Shown: positions 21,693 to 34,263, counted from the whole stretch's first letter. The stretch: 62,479 nucleotides of DNA, filler included, from Globobulimina sp. (GCA_003354225.1; 19 parts of 19 records of this genome joined end to end with filler, not necessarily neighbours in it), one strand, 5' to 3'. Notes: generated from the letters alone by a model not told the origin. Translations and numbers: made by a program.

Positions 21693-22409
21693 CCAGGCAA
21701 CGATTTGGCGGACTTATTTGCCAAACTTGCCATGTATAATCTTCATCAATCAACCAATTGGAAAGAATACAAACTATCCCCAACAATAAATGAATGGGAA
21801 AATTATGACTTTCAAGCAATTAAAAATAAACACAAACGACTCGCATGGCACAATTCATTAAATAAATTAAAGAAAAGATATAAAATTAACAAATCAAAAA
21901 ACCATCGGAATAACTTATCAAAATATTACACCAAATGGAATATAACATATAGCAGAATCTTTAAATCAGAATTGAAGGAATTGGAATTTTATAAATGGAA
22001 AAATATAACAACACTGCGTATTGGCCACGGAATCCTCAAAGCTCAATCAAAATGGAAAGCAGATAAAATTTGTCCATATATAAACTGCAATAATCCTGAA
22101 ACCACTGCCCATTATCTACTGCACTGCACAAACTATAATGATATGCGAAATTATTTGATAGATACATATACAAATATTATTAGTGAAATAATCCCAGATT
22201 TTGATTGGCCACAAACCGATGAAAACCAATTAAAAACAATTCTATTTCCATTCCAACAACAAATTATGGACAAAGATATTCAACGCAACGATTTTTTATG
22301 GACTCAAATAAGTGGCGCAAGAATTGCATGTCTTAAATCACTGTCAAATTATATCGACAACACGAAGCGATTCGAGAACCAATGGAACTATAACTACCAT
22401 ACTTGGTAA
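21693..22409 (+). mobile_element. 5'-truncated non-LTR retrotransposon ORF2 end (RNase H tail plus CCHC zinc motif)
   Basis: PGNDLADLFAK matches the RNase H GNxxAD motif. TTLRIGHG and CPYINCNNPETTAHYLLHC follow, then a T-rich putative 3' UTR. Confidence 0.8.
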
Positions 22410-23071
22410 CCTTTGAGCAAATCTTATTATTAATACACACTCTCATTAACTATGCCACCTTTCTTTCTATTTACTTTTTATCTTTGTTAGTGTTAAATTT
22501 ATGAAATAAATTTTTGTGTGTTTCTGTTTACTATTTCTTTTTATTATTTCCTTTTATCTTTTTATGTCTGGGTTATGTGCATTTTATGCACAAACACCAC
22601 CAGCTGGTTATTTATAGTCTTACCACTTTTTTTATTGGTAAGCATTTAATTTAAGCACTACTACTTGTTTTCCCTCCGTCTTCCAAAAAAAAATTGATTT
22701 GCAAACACAATATTGATAAATAGAAACAATATAATGTCAAATGGAAACAGTATTTGTAGACTTGCGAATATGTGCAGTATATTGTTTCAGTTGTACATAC
22801 AACCTTGTTTTAGATTTATTGGATGGCTCCGAAATTTCTTGCCATATAAGTGATAAAAATACAATCATGGACATTATTCATTTATTGACACTTTGTTTGA
22901 TATGTTGATGATGAATACCATCTTCTTGGTTATCATTCAAATCTATTTGCAATTTACATATTTTTTCAACANNNNNNNNNNNNNNNNNNNNNNNNNNNNN
23001 NNNNNNNNNNNNNNNTTAATTAATTAANNNNNNNNNNNNNNNNNNNNNNNNNNNNNNNNNNNNNNNNNNNN

Positions 23072-24829
23072 CAAAAATTCAAAAAGCCCTTGTTTAAAGG
23101 GGATAGTTTTGAGAAAAGAATATTAAGTTATAACCGGACTATTTCAAGTATTTACAATACATACAAAGTAAATGCGCTATACATTGCCTTTGTGGGTAAT
23201 TGGGTGTCACGATACATCAAAATCCCACTCGAAACATTTTGGCTAACTGCTCTCTACCAACACGCAAACAATCAAAAAATAAGCGTCCAACAATTTGGAT
23301 TATCGAGTGGATTATTTTATGTATTTATGGCTATATCTGCATTATCCATTGGTCCATTATCATCAAGGTTTGGTAAAAGGCCATGTATCTTAATTTGCTT
23401 AATCGGGCTTAGTTTAACGCTCATTGCTCAATCATTATCAAACTCATTTGGAATGGTATTGGTATTCAAGTCATTGCAAGGCTTATTTGTGGCGACTATG
23501 GGCTTATATCAATCCTATATTGTGGATGTATGCGACACTCAGCATATTCTCAAATATTCGTCAAGATTATTTTTCATGCTTGGATTGATTATGTGTGCCT
23601 TGCCATTAATTTCAGGCGCAATGACCACTGCATTCGATAAGGTGCTCAAAAAACAATCCATAATCACATATAATGCCACATTACAATACAGATGTTCCCA
23701 CTTAGTCGCTGCTGCAATTGCATTCTGTATATTTATTTATTGTTACTTCAAACTACAAGAATCGTCTACGTGCACATTATACGTAAACGAGATAACTGAT
23801 GAACAAGTTGACGACAGCTCCGATACGAAAATTAAAAAGAACGAATTAGTTAAACAACAATTAGATAGTATCTATGAAGGATTATTACCTGACAGATATA
23901 AAACAAATGAGTTTAAATCGAGATTAAGATTGTATTTGATATTGTTATTGGTCATAAATATTTTATTGGAAATGTGCACAACAGCACTGACCGTATTGTA
24001 TCCACTGTTAAATGATGGAAGCCATGGAACCAGCAACGGATTAAAATGGTCACATTTGCATCATTGTGTCACTTTATTCTTGTTTGGCGGCGCTGTTGCA
24101 TTGATTCAGATATTCTGTTCGACATTGCATAAAAAGTATGGATTATTTAGTATTGGTGGAGTAGGTGCAGTTGCCATGGTTGTCAGTTGCATTTCAATAC
24201 CATTAATGAATCATGTGTGTAAAAGTTTTTTCGCGGATAGCTCATCGTGGATTCAGTTGTTAGTACACTTACATGTTCCTATCTTGGCAGGTGCCGGGTA
24301 TGGGATTATTTGTACAGTCATAGCAACTGCGTTTAGCGATTTAGCAAAGAAATTGAGCCACAGACATGTTGATTATTGGTTGGCTGGATGGTCAGGTTCA
24401 GGTAGTTTTGGCTGTTTGTTAATCATTCCGAAAACAATGATTTCTAAACAAATCGGCATTTCCAGGACGATTTTGTTCGTCAGTGTTCCATGCGCCGTGA
24501 TTTTAGTTGGATTGTTGGTGTATTTATATTTGGTGACAAAAGATATATCAATTGCTGTGGATATGGATAAAATTATGGAATGTGAGGCTGAAGCTGGGCA
24601 CCAGACATATAATGAAGAAATGCAAAGAGCATCAAGAGAATCCATAAATAAATTTGTGTTTGGAATGAATAGTTACTCTCAAACAATGGATATTATTTCG
24701 CCTGCAATGTTGCAAGGAATGGCTGTGAATAAATCAAGATCTCATTCCTGCAGAGATTTAAATGTTGTAGTTCCAACAGATGACGATGGAAATGTTAACA
24801 TAGACAGTATTCGCAAGCAAAGTGTTTGA
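23072..24829 (+). CDS. MFS transporter (DHA1/tetracycline-exporter-like), possibly 5'-truncated
   Basis: Motif A-like GPLSSRFGKRP and about 12 hydrophobic segments in two halves. Confidence 0.85.
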   Translation, partial: QKFKKPLFKGDSFEKRILSYNRTISSIYNTYKVNALYIAFVGNWVSRYIKIPLETFWLTALYQHANNQKISVQQFGLSSGLFYVFMAISALSIGPLSSRFGKRPCILICLIGLSLTLIAQSLSNSFGMVLVFKSLQGLFVATMGLYQSYIVDVCDTQHILKYSSRLFFMLGLIMCALPLISGAMTTAFDKVLKKQSIITYNATLQYRCSHLVAAAIAFCIFIYCYFKLQESSTCTLYVNEITDEQVDDSSDTKIKKNELVKQQLDSIYEGLLPDRYKTNEFKSRLRLYLILLLVINILLEMCTTALTVLYPLLNDGSHGTSNGLKWSHLHHCVTLFLFGGAVALIQIFCSTLHKKYGLFSIGGVGAVAMVVSCISIPLMNHVCKSFFADSSSWIQLLVHLHVPILAGAGYGIICTVIATAFSDLAKKLSHRHVDYWLAGWSGSGSFGCLLIIPKTMISKQIGISRTILFVSVPCAVILVGLLVYLYLVTKDISIAVDMDKIMECEAEAGHQTYNEEMQRASRESINKFVFGMNSYSQTMDIISPAMLQGMAVNKSRSHSCRDLNVVVPTDDDGNVNIDSIRKQSV

Positions 24830-25088
24830 ATGTAATTAGCCGCCATTGTGAGTAGTTTGTATCTTTCACCATTTCATTTTTATATTTTAATTTTCCATTT
24901 CTTTGATTTCTGCATCATGTTTGATGAATTTTTATATGAAACATGATGTCCCATAATTTGGGATCAAATTGACAAATCCATAAGAAGATGTATCAATATT
25001 TGAAAAATGTCTTCATACCGCTGCCTTTCCTATCTTTGGGTAGCATCTTTTTTTTAAATGTCCCCATCCCACTGCAAACATTTTGGTG

Positions 25089-25175
25089 ATCGGATTTCAA
25101 CTTTCACTGCAGACACAACGTACTATTAAAATTAGCTCAATAGTGTCTGCAGTGGTATTGCTTTTGAAGTCCGAT
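25089..25175. repeat. Nested inverted repeat / long hairpin
   Basis: CACTGCAGACAC (25105-25116) pairs perfectly with GTGTCTGCAGTG (25143-25154). ATCGGATTTCAA (25089-25100) pairs with TTGAAGTCCGAT (25164-25175) with one G-U. Confidence 0.7.
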
Positions 25176-25390
25176 TAGTTGTATTTATTGAGTAAAAGTT
25201 AAGTTTTTTCATGGGGCACGTCTTCAGTATTGGTGAGGCCTTTAACTTTTTCGTGGCTGTTCTTGATTTACTTTAAAGAACAACATATCAAAAAATTATC
25301 ACTTTTTGAGCAACTTTATTCCAATTTTTTTCAAATGACACTGAAACACAAACAATCGAATAATAAATTCACAGCTAGTACCATTAGCAC

Positions 25391-26266
25391 TTATTTTTTG
25401 CTTTTTGGTTTATTTTGAACGCCAATTTTTACAGCAATCAAAAAATGATCTGACGAATAAATTTCATTTGGTAATCTACAGTGAAACCTTTCAATTTCTT
25501 TTTGCTCCCATCCCGATAATACCTCTTGTACAACAAACGAATGTTTGGCCACCATAATATAATCAAAACATGCTTTAACATCTCGATCTTTATAACCTGA
25601 ATAAACACTAAATGTATTCCTCTCATTATTCCAAAGAGATTCAAAAACCAATCCATTATCACCATCCTTATCCTCATCATCATCCAGTTTCATTTCCTTA
25701 TCACTCGTCAACAGTTTATATGCATTTGCATTGACAACCATACCTTTCTCAGTAATGAGATTCTCAAAATGCAGATTTAAATCGCCACAAAGTACAATTG
25801 GCATATCTTTCGAATATATTTTCATAAAATCCATCAAAATGCCACATTGTTTCATGCGTTTATTCTCCGATTCTTTCGACCTCCCTGCTTTTAAATGTGT
25901 ATTCCAAACATCAAAGGACAAATCATTTGCTTTTAATTGCAATCTCAGCCCCAACGCAACCTGACAACATTCACGTTTATCACCCAAAATACATTCAAAA
26001 TGTTGATTTAAATACTTTATTTTGTGCGTATTCCAAAATATGGCCAAACCATCTTGTACTGAGATGTGAGAGTTTGAACTGTTAATAACATTTTTCATCA
26101 AATACATGCCCTCATAATGGCCATGGCTGTGCAATAAATTCGGTTTATAAAATGAATGAAAATGTATCTTATCAACTTCTGTCAAGCATATAACGTCGCA
26201 TTTGTACTGCAGTATTTCGTATAAGATTCGTTTACATCGATATTGCCAAATTAAATATTTTGGGTC
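25391..26266 (-). CDS. Endonuclease/exonuclease/phosphatase, nocturnin/CCR4-like, 5'-truncated
   Basis: DVICLTEVD, DGLAIFW, NTHLKA, VLCGDLN, FDYI and LPNEIYSSDH motifs. Confidence 0.88.
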   Translation of the reverse strand, partial: DPKYLIWQYRCKRILYEILQYKCDVICLTEVDKIHFHSFYKPNLLHSHGHYEGMYLMKNVINSSNSHISVQDGLAIFWNTHKIKYLNQHFECILGDKRECCQVALGLRLQLKANDLSFDVWNTHLKAGRSKESENKRMKQCGILMDFMKIYSKDMPIVLCGDLNLHFENLITEKGMVVNANAYKLLTSDKEMKLDDDEDKDGDNGLVFESLWNNERNTFSVYSGYKDRDVKACFDYIMVAKHSFVVQEVLSGWEQKEIERFHCRLPNEIYSSDHFLIAVKIGVQNKPKSKK

Positions 26267-26465
26267 NNNNNNNNNNNNNNNNNNNNNNNNNNNNNNNNNN
26301 NNNNNNNNNNTTAATTAATTAANNNNNNNNNNNNNNNNNNNNNNNNNNNNNNNNNNNNNNNNNNNNCATTGTAACTCATGCTTCATAGTATTTTTATTTA
26401 TATTTCCGTTTGTATAAATTATTTATATTTTAACTATCTTATATTAAACTAAACTGCAAATCATG

Positions 26466-27587
26466 TCATGTATATTGTTTTTGATGCATTCTTTTTGCCA
26501 ATACACGTTTAAATCGATTATAACATGATGAATGACAGCAATTACAAAATGTACGATACAAAGTGACATTAAATCCAAAATTCAAATATAAGGCGAATGC
26601 ATTAATGACCCCTTGTGTGGATTTTATAACATTTGAATACGCCAAGAAACATAAATCCTGTTTATTTTTAACTTGTACACGTCCACAATAAAGGACTGAC
26701 GCATAAAAAAATTGATTTGCTATAATCGCAATACTGCATAATATACTATGTCTTGTAATAACTTCAAGCAAAATAATTTGATCCTCACTCAAATTCAAAT
26801 TTAGCAAAAGTGTTTCCGTGCCGTAACTGCATTCACTTTCCGACGCAGGATCGCCAGCATTATCATCGAGCGAAGGAGATTCATAATCATCTCTATCGTA
26901 TCCCATTTGAAAATAACTGCATTTTGTAATTGTAGCATCTGTTTTTGGTTTTGCACTTTGCATATTATATTTATTTGAATAATCTACAATGATACGAAAT
27001 AACTTATGAATAAACACAATTACCATAGACATTGTCAATAGTAAGTCGCTGAAAGCTACAATCCAAAATATCACAGTTAACATGTCATAAAAAAATACTT
27101 TATTTGTATATAATAATAATAAAGATATGGCATAAAATTGAATTAACAGTCCAATAAACGATATCATAATAACTATATAATATATTACGCGTACATTCAA
27201 TTGATACGTTTCGGCAGAACTCTTAAGCGTAAAATATAACTTTCCAAATACAAACATATATAATGTTACAGCTGAAATGCCATAAAAAGAATTGGTTAAT
27301 GCAATCAGCCATATACCGTTACTATGAATAACATCAATGCCAGTTAAAAAATAATACAACAAATCGATAAAATCAATGAAACTCGATAATATAAACGAGA
27401 AAATTGAGATAGAAGTGACAATATTGTAAAATCTCGATGGTACATCATTGCTGGTATTATTAGGTTGTCGTAGTTTCTTTAATAAATCAGCTAAGATGAC
27501 TATCATTCCTATAAAACAGATGCCGAGATATGGTGCTGTAAGCATATGCCAATTTGGTTCGAATTCTGTGACTTGTTTGTTGTTCAT
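26466..27587 (-). CDS. 7TM GPCR-like membrane protein
   Basis: Seven hydrophobic segments, a long third intracellular loop and a C-terminal Y..FC..CH motif. Confidence 0.7.
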   Translation of the reverse strand: MNNKQVTEFEPNWHMLTAPYLGICFIGMIVILADLLKKLRQPNNTSNDVPSRFYNIVTSISIFSFILSSFIDFIDLLYYFLTGIDVIHSNGIWLIALTNSFYGISAVTLYMFVFGKLYFTLKSSAETYQLNVRVIYYIVIMISFIGLLIQFYAISLLLLYTNKVFFYDMLTVIFWIVAFSDLLLTMSMVIVFIHKLFRIIVDYSNKYNMQSAKPKTDATITKCSYFQMGYDRDDYESPSLDDNAGDPASESECSYGTETLLLNLNLSEDQIILLEVITRHSILCSIAIIANQFFYASVLYCGRVQVKNKQDLCFLAYSNVIKSTQGVINAFALYLNFGFNVTLYRTFCNCCHSSCYNRFKRVLAKRMHQKQYT

Positions 27588-27826
27588 GAGAACGTTATTT
27601 GATTACAAATCTTTGCCGAAGTGCTACAATTTCGGTATATGTTTCTTGTGCAAGGACAGCATACTTTGGCAACTGTGATTTTCAATGAATTGTACAAATA
27701 CAAATTCCTGACGACAGGAATCTGCAACAACAAAAGGTTTAAAACTATTAAAATAAAACCGTACAACAAAAATACGTACAGCCAGTGTGAAGAAACAAAA
27801 AAAGGAAATTTAAACATGTACCAATA

Positions 27827-28627
27827 TTATACTAAATCAATATATTTATTATATCCTTTCACCCGCCGTCTGTGACTGTGACTGTGCTTCTTATTGCTTT
27901 TAATATGCGAGACGGCGTAAGACATATTAAACACAGAAAATACAATTAATATTAGAAAGATTACGGTTAATATAATATCCATAGATTGTGGATGACCAAT
28001 ACGCTCATTGCCATATAAATCACTTGCCAATAATTTCCGTTTTGAGCCATTTACAGCATTATAATTATTGTCAGCTTCTGCAACTTGAATAGCTACAGTT
28101 TGATATATTTGATTTTTAGTGTTACACACTGTATTTTTAGGATGCATTTGAGATATAATTGGAGCTGCGTTTGCCGATAATTTAAAATCAATATATTTTT
28201 TACCATTGCACTGCTTTGAACCGCCAATACATATTAAATCATCAAAAAATAATATTTTATTTTGTTTTTTTATCTCTGAAATTTGCACATCACCGATGCC
28301 TAAATTTTCAAAATGTAATATTTCATTTTGTGAATTATACGAAGAAATACAGGCGGTATTTACATCACAAATTAATGCTTCCTTTTTGTTAAATGTGTTT
28401 GCATTGAAATTAAATGTACAGTCCATGACAAGTTTATTTATATATAATATTGAACGAAGACTTTGAGAAAATGCAACACCTCTTGGTGGTGTGAGTGATA
28501 ATTTGGATGAGATTCTTGTTGGTGAAGCAGGCACAATAAATTCTAAATCTACTATAATTTTAGATGGTTTCAATGCAGTTGAGCATAGGGTAAAAAATAA
28601 AAGAATAAACGGGTGAAAGACAGCCAT
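27827..28627 (-). CDS. Signal-peptide, single C-terminal TM protein with a KRKLL motif
   Basis: Hydrophobic N-terminus, Cys-containing ectodomain, KRKLL and TM IILTVIFLILIVF. The C-terminus may be spliced. Confidence 0.6.
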   Translation of the reverse strand: MAVFHPFILLFFTLCSTALKPSKIIVDLEFIVPASPTRISSKLSLTPPRGVAFSQSLRSILYINKLVMDCTFNFNANTFNKKEALICDVNTACISSYNSQNEILHFENLGIGDVQISEIKKQNKILFFDDLICIGGSKQCNGKKYIDFKLSANAAPIISQMHPKNTVCNTKNQIYQTVAIQVAEADNNYNAVNGSKRKLLASDLYGNERIGHPQSMDIILTVIFLILIVFSVFNMSYAVSHIKSNKKHSHSHRRRVKGYNKYIDLV

Positions 28628-28932
28628 TGTTGCACTCGAGTCGACGAATAAAAAAAAAAAATGAAAACTGTATGTTTACATCAAAGCTTCTGTGGAAAAT
28701 TGCGAAACAGAAACAGAAGCAGAAACATATAACACATCTGATGTTTTTATAATTTTGTACATGTTACAGTCGAACTAATGCTTCATATTACATTAAATAA
28801 ATTCCGTGTGCCATTCAACTTTATTTCTGTTTTAAGAGACAAAATAAAGGGATATCAAATAATGAGTCAGTTCCATTCGGTAATGAATATTGTATTTCCT
28901 GTAAATCATTCACTTCTGATCCAGGTCTTCCT

Positions 28933-29560
28933 TCACTGTCCATATAAATATTCTAAATTGATTGTCCATCCAGGTTTTGCAAATTCTTCCAAATGACGAA
29001 TCACAAAATGAAGAAAATCACTATGTTTTCGTGCTGCAAATAATGAGTTTGTGGCCCCTAAATTGGGAGTTTCCACTAACATCACATCTATGTTTGACAA
29101 TAAACTTTGAATGTTTCGTTTTGGTGAAATATCCAAGTCGCAGTAGATTCCGCCATAGTGATAGATTATAAAATATCTGGCTGCATCCACCCGTTGTATA
29201 GCATGCGAATAAGCATTGAAAACAGTTACAAACCACGGATAATGCTCTTGTATGAATAATTTAATGTCATTATCCGTCCAAAACATATATTCAAAATCAG
29301 GATGAAATTTTTTCCATAAAAGAGGGCCGTCCTTCCAACGCTCTGGTATGCTATCGAGTGTTTTATATGTTTGATGTATAATTTTGGGAATCTCACATTT
29401 TAAAATATTTTTATCTGGTTTGATGTAATCATGATGCCACCACAAAATATTACCACCAAAAGCCACAGATAATTGAGCACCCACTGTCATCAGTAATGTT
29501 GTCGCCATGTAATTTAATACTACGACCAGCGCCATAATTAAAACAAACTTGGAAATACTC
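28933..29560 (-). CDS. GT32 glycosyltransferase (SUR1/CSG1/OCH1-like mannosyltransferase), C-terminus apparently short
   Basis: IPKIIHQT, HPDFEYMFWTD and QRVDAARYFIIYHYGGIYCDLD (DxD). Confidence 0.88.
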
Positions 29561-29660
29561 NNNNNNNNNNNNNNNNNNNNNNNNNNNNNNNNNNNNNNNN
29601 NNNNTTAATTAATTAANNNNNNNNNNNNNNNNNNNNNNNNNNNNNNNNNNNNNNNNNNNN

Positions 29661-31814
29661 TATCGATATCAAATTAATTGTTTCTCTTTTTTCAATTCTG
29701 GCACAATGTTTTTCCATTGTATGTCTTCTGTGGCGTCTGCGTATTCTGCCTCTTTTCCGTGTTTCCATCAGTCGGAAACCATTACTTTTGGCGAGTTTTA
29801 TGCGGTCATTTCGGTCTTTATCGATTTTGGATAAATAAGACGCAGCACTCATAAATCTGATACATAACACAACATCCGCTGTATCTAAAATATTATCCAA
29901 ATCTGCTTCATCACCAAAGGTTTGTATGCCAATAAATGGATTATATTTAAAATGTATTAAATATAAGCCAGATTTCATGGTACTTGACCTCATTGTTTCG
30001 CCACTTAATATATCGGATAAGTCAAATATCTCCTTATATTCACCATTATTATCTGCATATATTTCCCTGCGAATATCGCCATTCACTAAACTCCACCTTT
30101 TAAGCATTCGATTGGTTGGAATGGTTTGTTTTCGATCTAAATTAAAATACACCACATTGAATCTGCGATGCAATAACAATTCTTCGTTGATATCTGGCAT
30201 ACACATTGAATTATACATTTCTGGAATATAATGCGAGTCTAAATTATTTATCATATTACAATCTTGAAATTCACTATATTTTAACGCGATTTTTGGGACA
30301 TTTGTTGGTGTTACAATTCCACCATCATTGCCATTGCCATTATCATTGTCATCAATAACATCATCCTCATCTTCACTCATTTCCTCTTTGCCATTTATAA
30401 CTATTTGCTGTATTTTATAATTATGTTTTCGAGATTTTTGAAATAATAAATCAAATGGTGAGTGTGCATAAAAACCAATTTTATTATGAACGATCCGTTT
30501 CAATTTTTCATATTTTGTAAACCAAATGGCATCAAAACACATTTTAAAACCAATGTCCATGACATGAGCATTAAACTGTGCTAAATCCGGCGGGCGAATC
30601 CATAACGGAGCTAAATTTTGTATGGCACCGCTATTTGCGCCAAACCCTTCATTTTCCATTGGATATGCATATGATACACCGATTTTGCGCTTAAATGTAT
30701 TACGATTCTTATTATTTTGTACATTTCTATTTATATTATTCACAGAAACTTTTATTCGCTGTTTACTATGTTTATGATACAAACGATAAAACCTTTCTGG
30801 TCGTTTTACACTTTTAATTTTCAAATCTGTACATGCTATTTGTAGTATATTGAGACGTAAAGTCGTATTATTCTCTCGGCAATGTTTAAACCATTCTTCG
30901 TTACATTTATTGTGTTGTTTTATTGTTTCGGGGTTAGATTTAGGTGGTTTTTGTTTATGTTTATGTCTGCGTCTATGTCTACGCCTTGATTTTCTCATTT
31001 TTCTTGTATTTATATTATGCGAATCAATATATATTGATTTCGTATTAATGTGTACGTGTGATTTATGGCGGCGTTTTTGTCTTTGCACAGAGGCACTATT
31101 TGGATCTAATGGTTTTCCACTTAATGTATATCCTTCGCCGGAAGCTCTGACTTTATCAGGCAATGCAACGCCAATTCTCCATAGTTTAATAAAATAACTT
31201 TGTGCGTGGGATGAGACGGATGAACGCGGTCTGTCAATAATACCATCCATTTCTGATATTTTCGTCCAATCTCTACCGTAAAGTTTTAAGCCACGTTTAA
31301 ATGTTTCTTGTTCGCGTTTTGTCCATCTGCGCGGTGCTTGCCTTGTTTTCTTAGCATTATAACAAATTTTTTATATTTTATAAATCCGATGGAGTATACT
31401 CCGTGAATATAATACTTAACTTTGTGAACATATGGTGCTCGTTTACGAACTCTTGGATAAATATTACTATTTTTGTTAAAATTATTATTATCATTATCTT
31501 CATTTTTATTTTGATTTAAGCGATTTTGCAGAATTTCCCTCTGATCTGTTATTGATTTATTGTGTTGTGTTGATTGTGTATTTGCTGTATATATACATTT
31601 GATGCTATGCACGAACAAAAAAAACAAAGTGAATTCCAGACAACATACAATTGACTGTATTTGGATGAATACCATCATTTATCTGTGCTGTTGACGTATT
31701 TTGAATTGGGTTTGGGATTTGTAACATTGATTGGAATAAATCAAATAATTGATTGTTGTCGTTTGTGTTGGGGTTGCATAGTGGTGCAGGTGAGGTTGTT
31801 GTCATGGTTGACAT
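29661..31814 (-). CDS. Myb/SANT (SHAQKYF-class) protein, multi-exon, 3'-truncated
   Basis: The frame upstream of ORF 31250 reads RWTKREQETFKRGLKLYGRDWTKISEM..R..VSSHAQSYFIKL. Intron 31585-31648 is clear. A second intron near 31350-31420 has uncertain edges. Confidence 0.8.
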
Positions 31815-32256
31815 TTTGAAAACGTTTTGGGGTAAAAGGTCAGATTGTTTATATAAGAAAAAACACTAAATGAATAAAGACAAGACCACATTATGTAAAA
31901 AATGAATATGAAACACATCGACATAGATCGCCACATCAACAAATTGTTTGATTAATATGTTGTGATATGTAGCGAACCAAAGAACGCAATATATCAACGG
32001 AAATAAATGGAATATGCACGTCACAAAATGTGGTGATCACATACCTAAAAATAATTTACCTTTATCCATTATTTAAACTGTGCACAGTTTTCCATTTCCA
32101 TCATTGATATTAAATAATGCACAGTTTTCTTTTTAAACAGGCTCCTTTTCTTTTAATTCACGTCGTCCAACCCATTAATTATCGTTTTCTTCATTATTAA
32201 ATTAAATCTGATGCAGTGTAATCATTCTTTTTGTGCTTGTATTTTAGAAATATAAA

Positions 32257-32854
32257 TTGTATACACAGCTCAGAACTGTTAGGTTTGGATCCGAATATTT
32301 ACCTTGTATCGTCATTGTATTATTTTACAACATGTATTTGTCTTTCTATCAGGTTGCAATATTTTCTCTTTTCCGTAATGGGGAAAACGTACATCAAGCT
32401 CAACTGCAAAAAACTCGACAACGAAAACTCAAAGATCTTGTATTTCTCAACAACGAAATGAAACTACTATTCAAATGCGACAAATTCCAATGCATCAAAT
32501 CAGGACCGACTATGTCAGGATTAACCCGTATTAATAAGTATCACTTTTGCCAGCAACAGGAACAGCAGAAATCTCTGGATGTTTCTGATACAATGACAAA
32601 CCCATTAATCCAATCATTATCGCAAAATGAGAACTTTCAAAATCTGTCACCGGATCCAAACTCACACAAAAGACACCACAGAATTGAGGGCATAGCGTTG
32701 AAACGTCAACATCGTAAAGTATGGGACGTGGACGCAAATTCAGTTTTTGCCGGAATTTTGGGATCAAAATCAGTACAGGAAGTTCGCCAAAATTTAGCCG
32801 CATTCAAAGAATCTGTTGATGCCAAAAAAATGTCTGGAATAAAGAAACAAAAAC
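32257..32854 (+). CDS. Unidentified coding fragment running off the contig
   Basis: Open frame to the contig edge. Start and exon structure are uncertain. Confidence 0.35.
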
Positions 32855-32954
32855 NNNNNNNNNNNNNNNNNNNNNNNNNNNNNNNNNNNNNNNNNNNNTT
32901 AATTAATTAANNNNNNNNNNNNNNNNNNNNNNNNNNNNNNNNNNNNNNNNNNNN

Positions 32955-34263
32955 TGTGAATGCATTGGATGAAAATAAAGAAGATAGCTCCTTAAAAGAA
33001 GTCCGATTAGCATTACAAAAACAATATTCTGATACACCATTGTCAACAAAGCGTAGTTTAAAAGATTTATCAGCTAAATCCAAATGGAAATGGGCATTTA
33101 ATCAATTAACTAAGAAAACAAAAACAGTCTCATATTTCCGATCAAGTGGCAGCTCCACAAACCTATCAACAAAAGCATCCAAAATATTAGCATTAAGTGG
33201 GGAGAATGATGAAATTCAATCAATATTAAAAAGCAATAAATTCACAGAATGGAACTTTAATGTCTTTACAATTAAACACAACTATCCATTAATGATAATT
33301 GCACATGAAATACTTATAAATATTTCGCAATTCCATCAAAAATTTGGTTTCTCGCAACAAGAATTTATAACGTTTTTATATCGCATCGAAAACGAATATA
33401 AAAAAAATGACTATCATTCGGCATATCATGCCGCCGATGTATTAGTGTCAATATTTTGGTGTTTAAATAATTCGCTATTAATTCAAAAAAATTTAAATGA
33501 AATTGAGATATTTGCAGTATTAATCTCAGCCATTGTGCATGACGTAGGCCATAATGGAAGGAATAATAAGTTCCATGTTGATACATGTTCAGATTTGGCA
33601 ATAACATATCATGAAATATCACCGTTAGAAAACTATCACATTGCAACAGCATTTAAATGTTTATATCATAGCGATTCGAATTGGATGAGTTTGCTTTCTA
33701 TTCATTTACAAAAAGAGATCAAAAATATAATTATTCAATGTGTATTAAGTACAGATATGAGTCACCATCAACAGACCATTGATAATATTGCACAGTTATT
33801 ATTTGACGTTGATATTGATTCGGATTCGGTTTTCATTGAAAATATAGTTTTAAATTGTAAACAACGACTATTTGTCATGAAAACATTATTACATTTTTGT
33901 GATATTTCAAATCCTATGAAACCATTTAGTATGGCATTAAAATGGGGATTGAAAGTTTATAAAGAATTTTTCAAACAAGGTGACGAAGAAAAAGATATTG
34001 GATTATTCAATTTAACGCCTTTATGTGATCGGAATAATTCAAATATTCTGAAAGGACAAATTGGTTTTTGTAAATTTGTGGTCTTACCATTGTTACAAAT
34101 GATGTTGTTTATATTTCCGGAATTTAAAAATATGAAAAAAAATATAGACCAAAATTGTATCATTTATTCAAATGTATTGTCGCGATCTCAAAATCAAAAA
34201 CAAATTCCACAAAATACAATACAAGATATTACAAACTATTTCAAAGAGAATAATTATTTTTAA
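32955..34263 (+). CDS. Class I 3',5'-cyclic nucleotide phosphodiesterase (catalytic domain), 5'-truncated
   Basis: YHSAYHAADV, HDVGHNGRNN, LENYH, STDM, HFCDISNP, EFFKQGDEE and GQIGF motifs. Confidence 0.95.

Noticed and set aside
13187-22971. A combined pPolB + kinase + LINE system, or a giant-virus genome
   Set aside because: These are separate contigs. No NCLDV core genes are seen, and spliceosomal introns and housekeeping genes indicate nuclear DNA.
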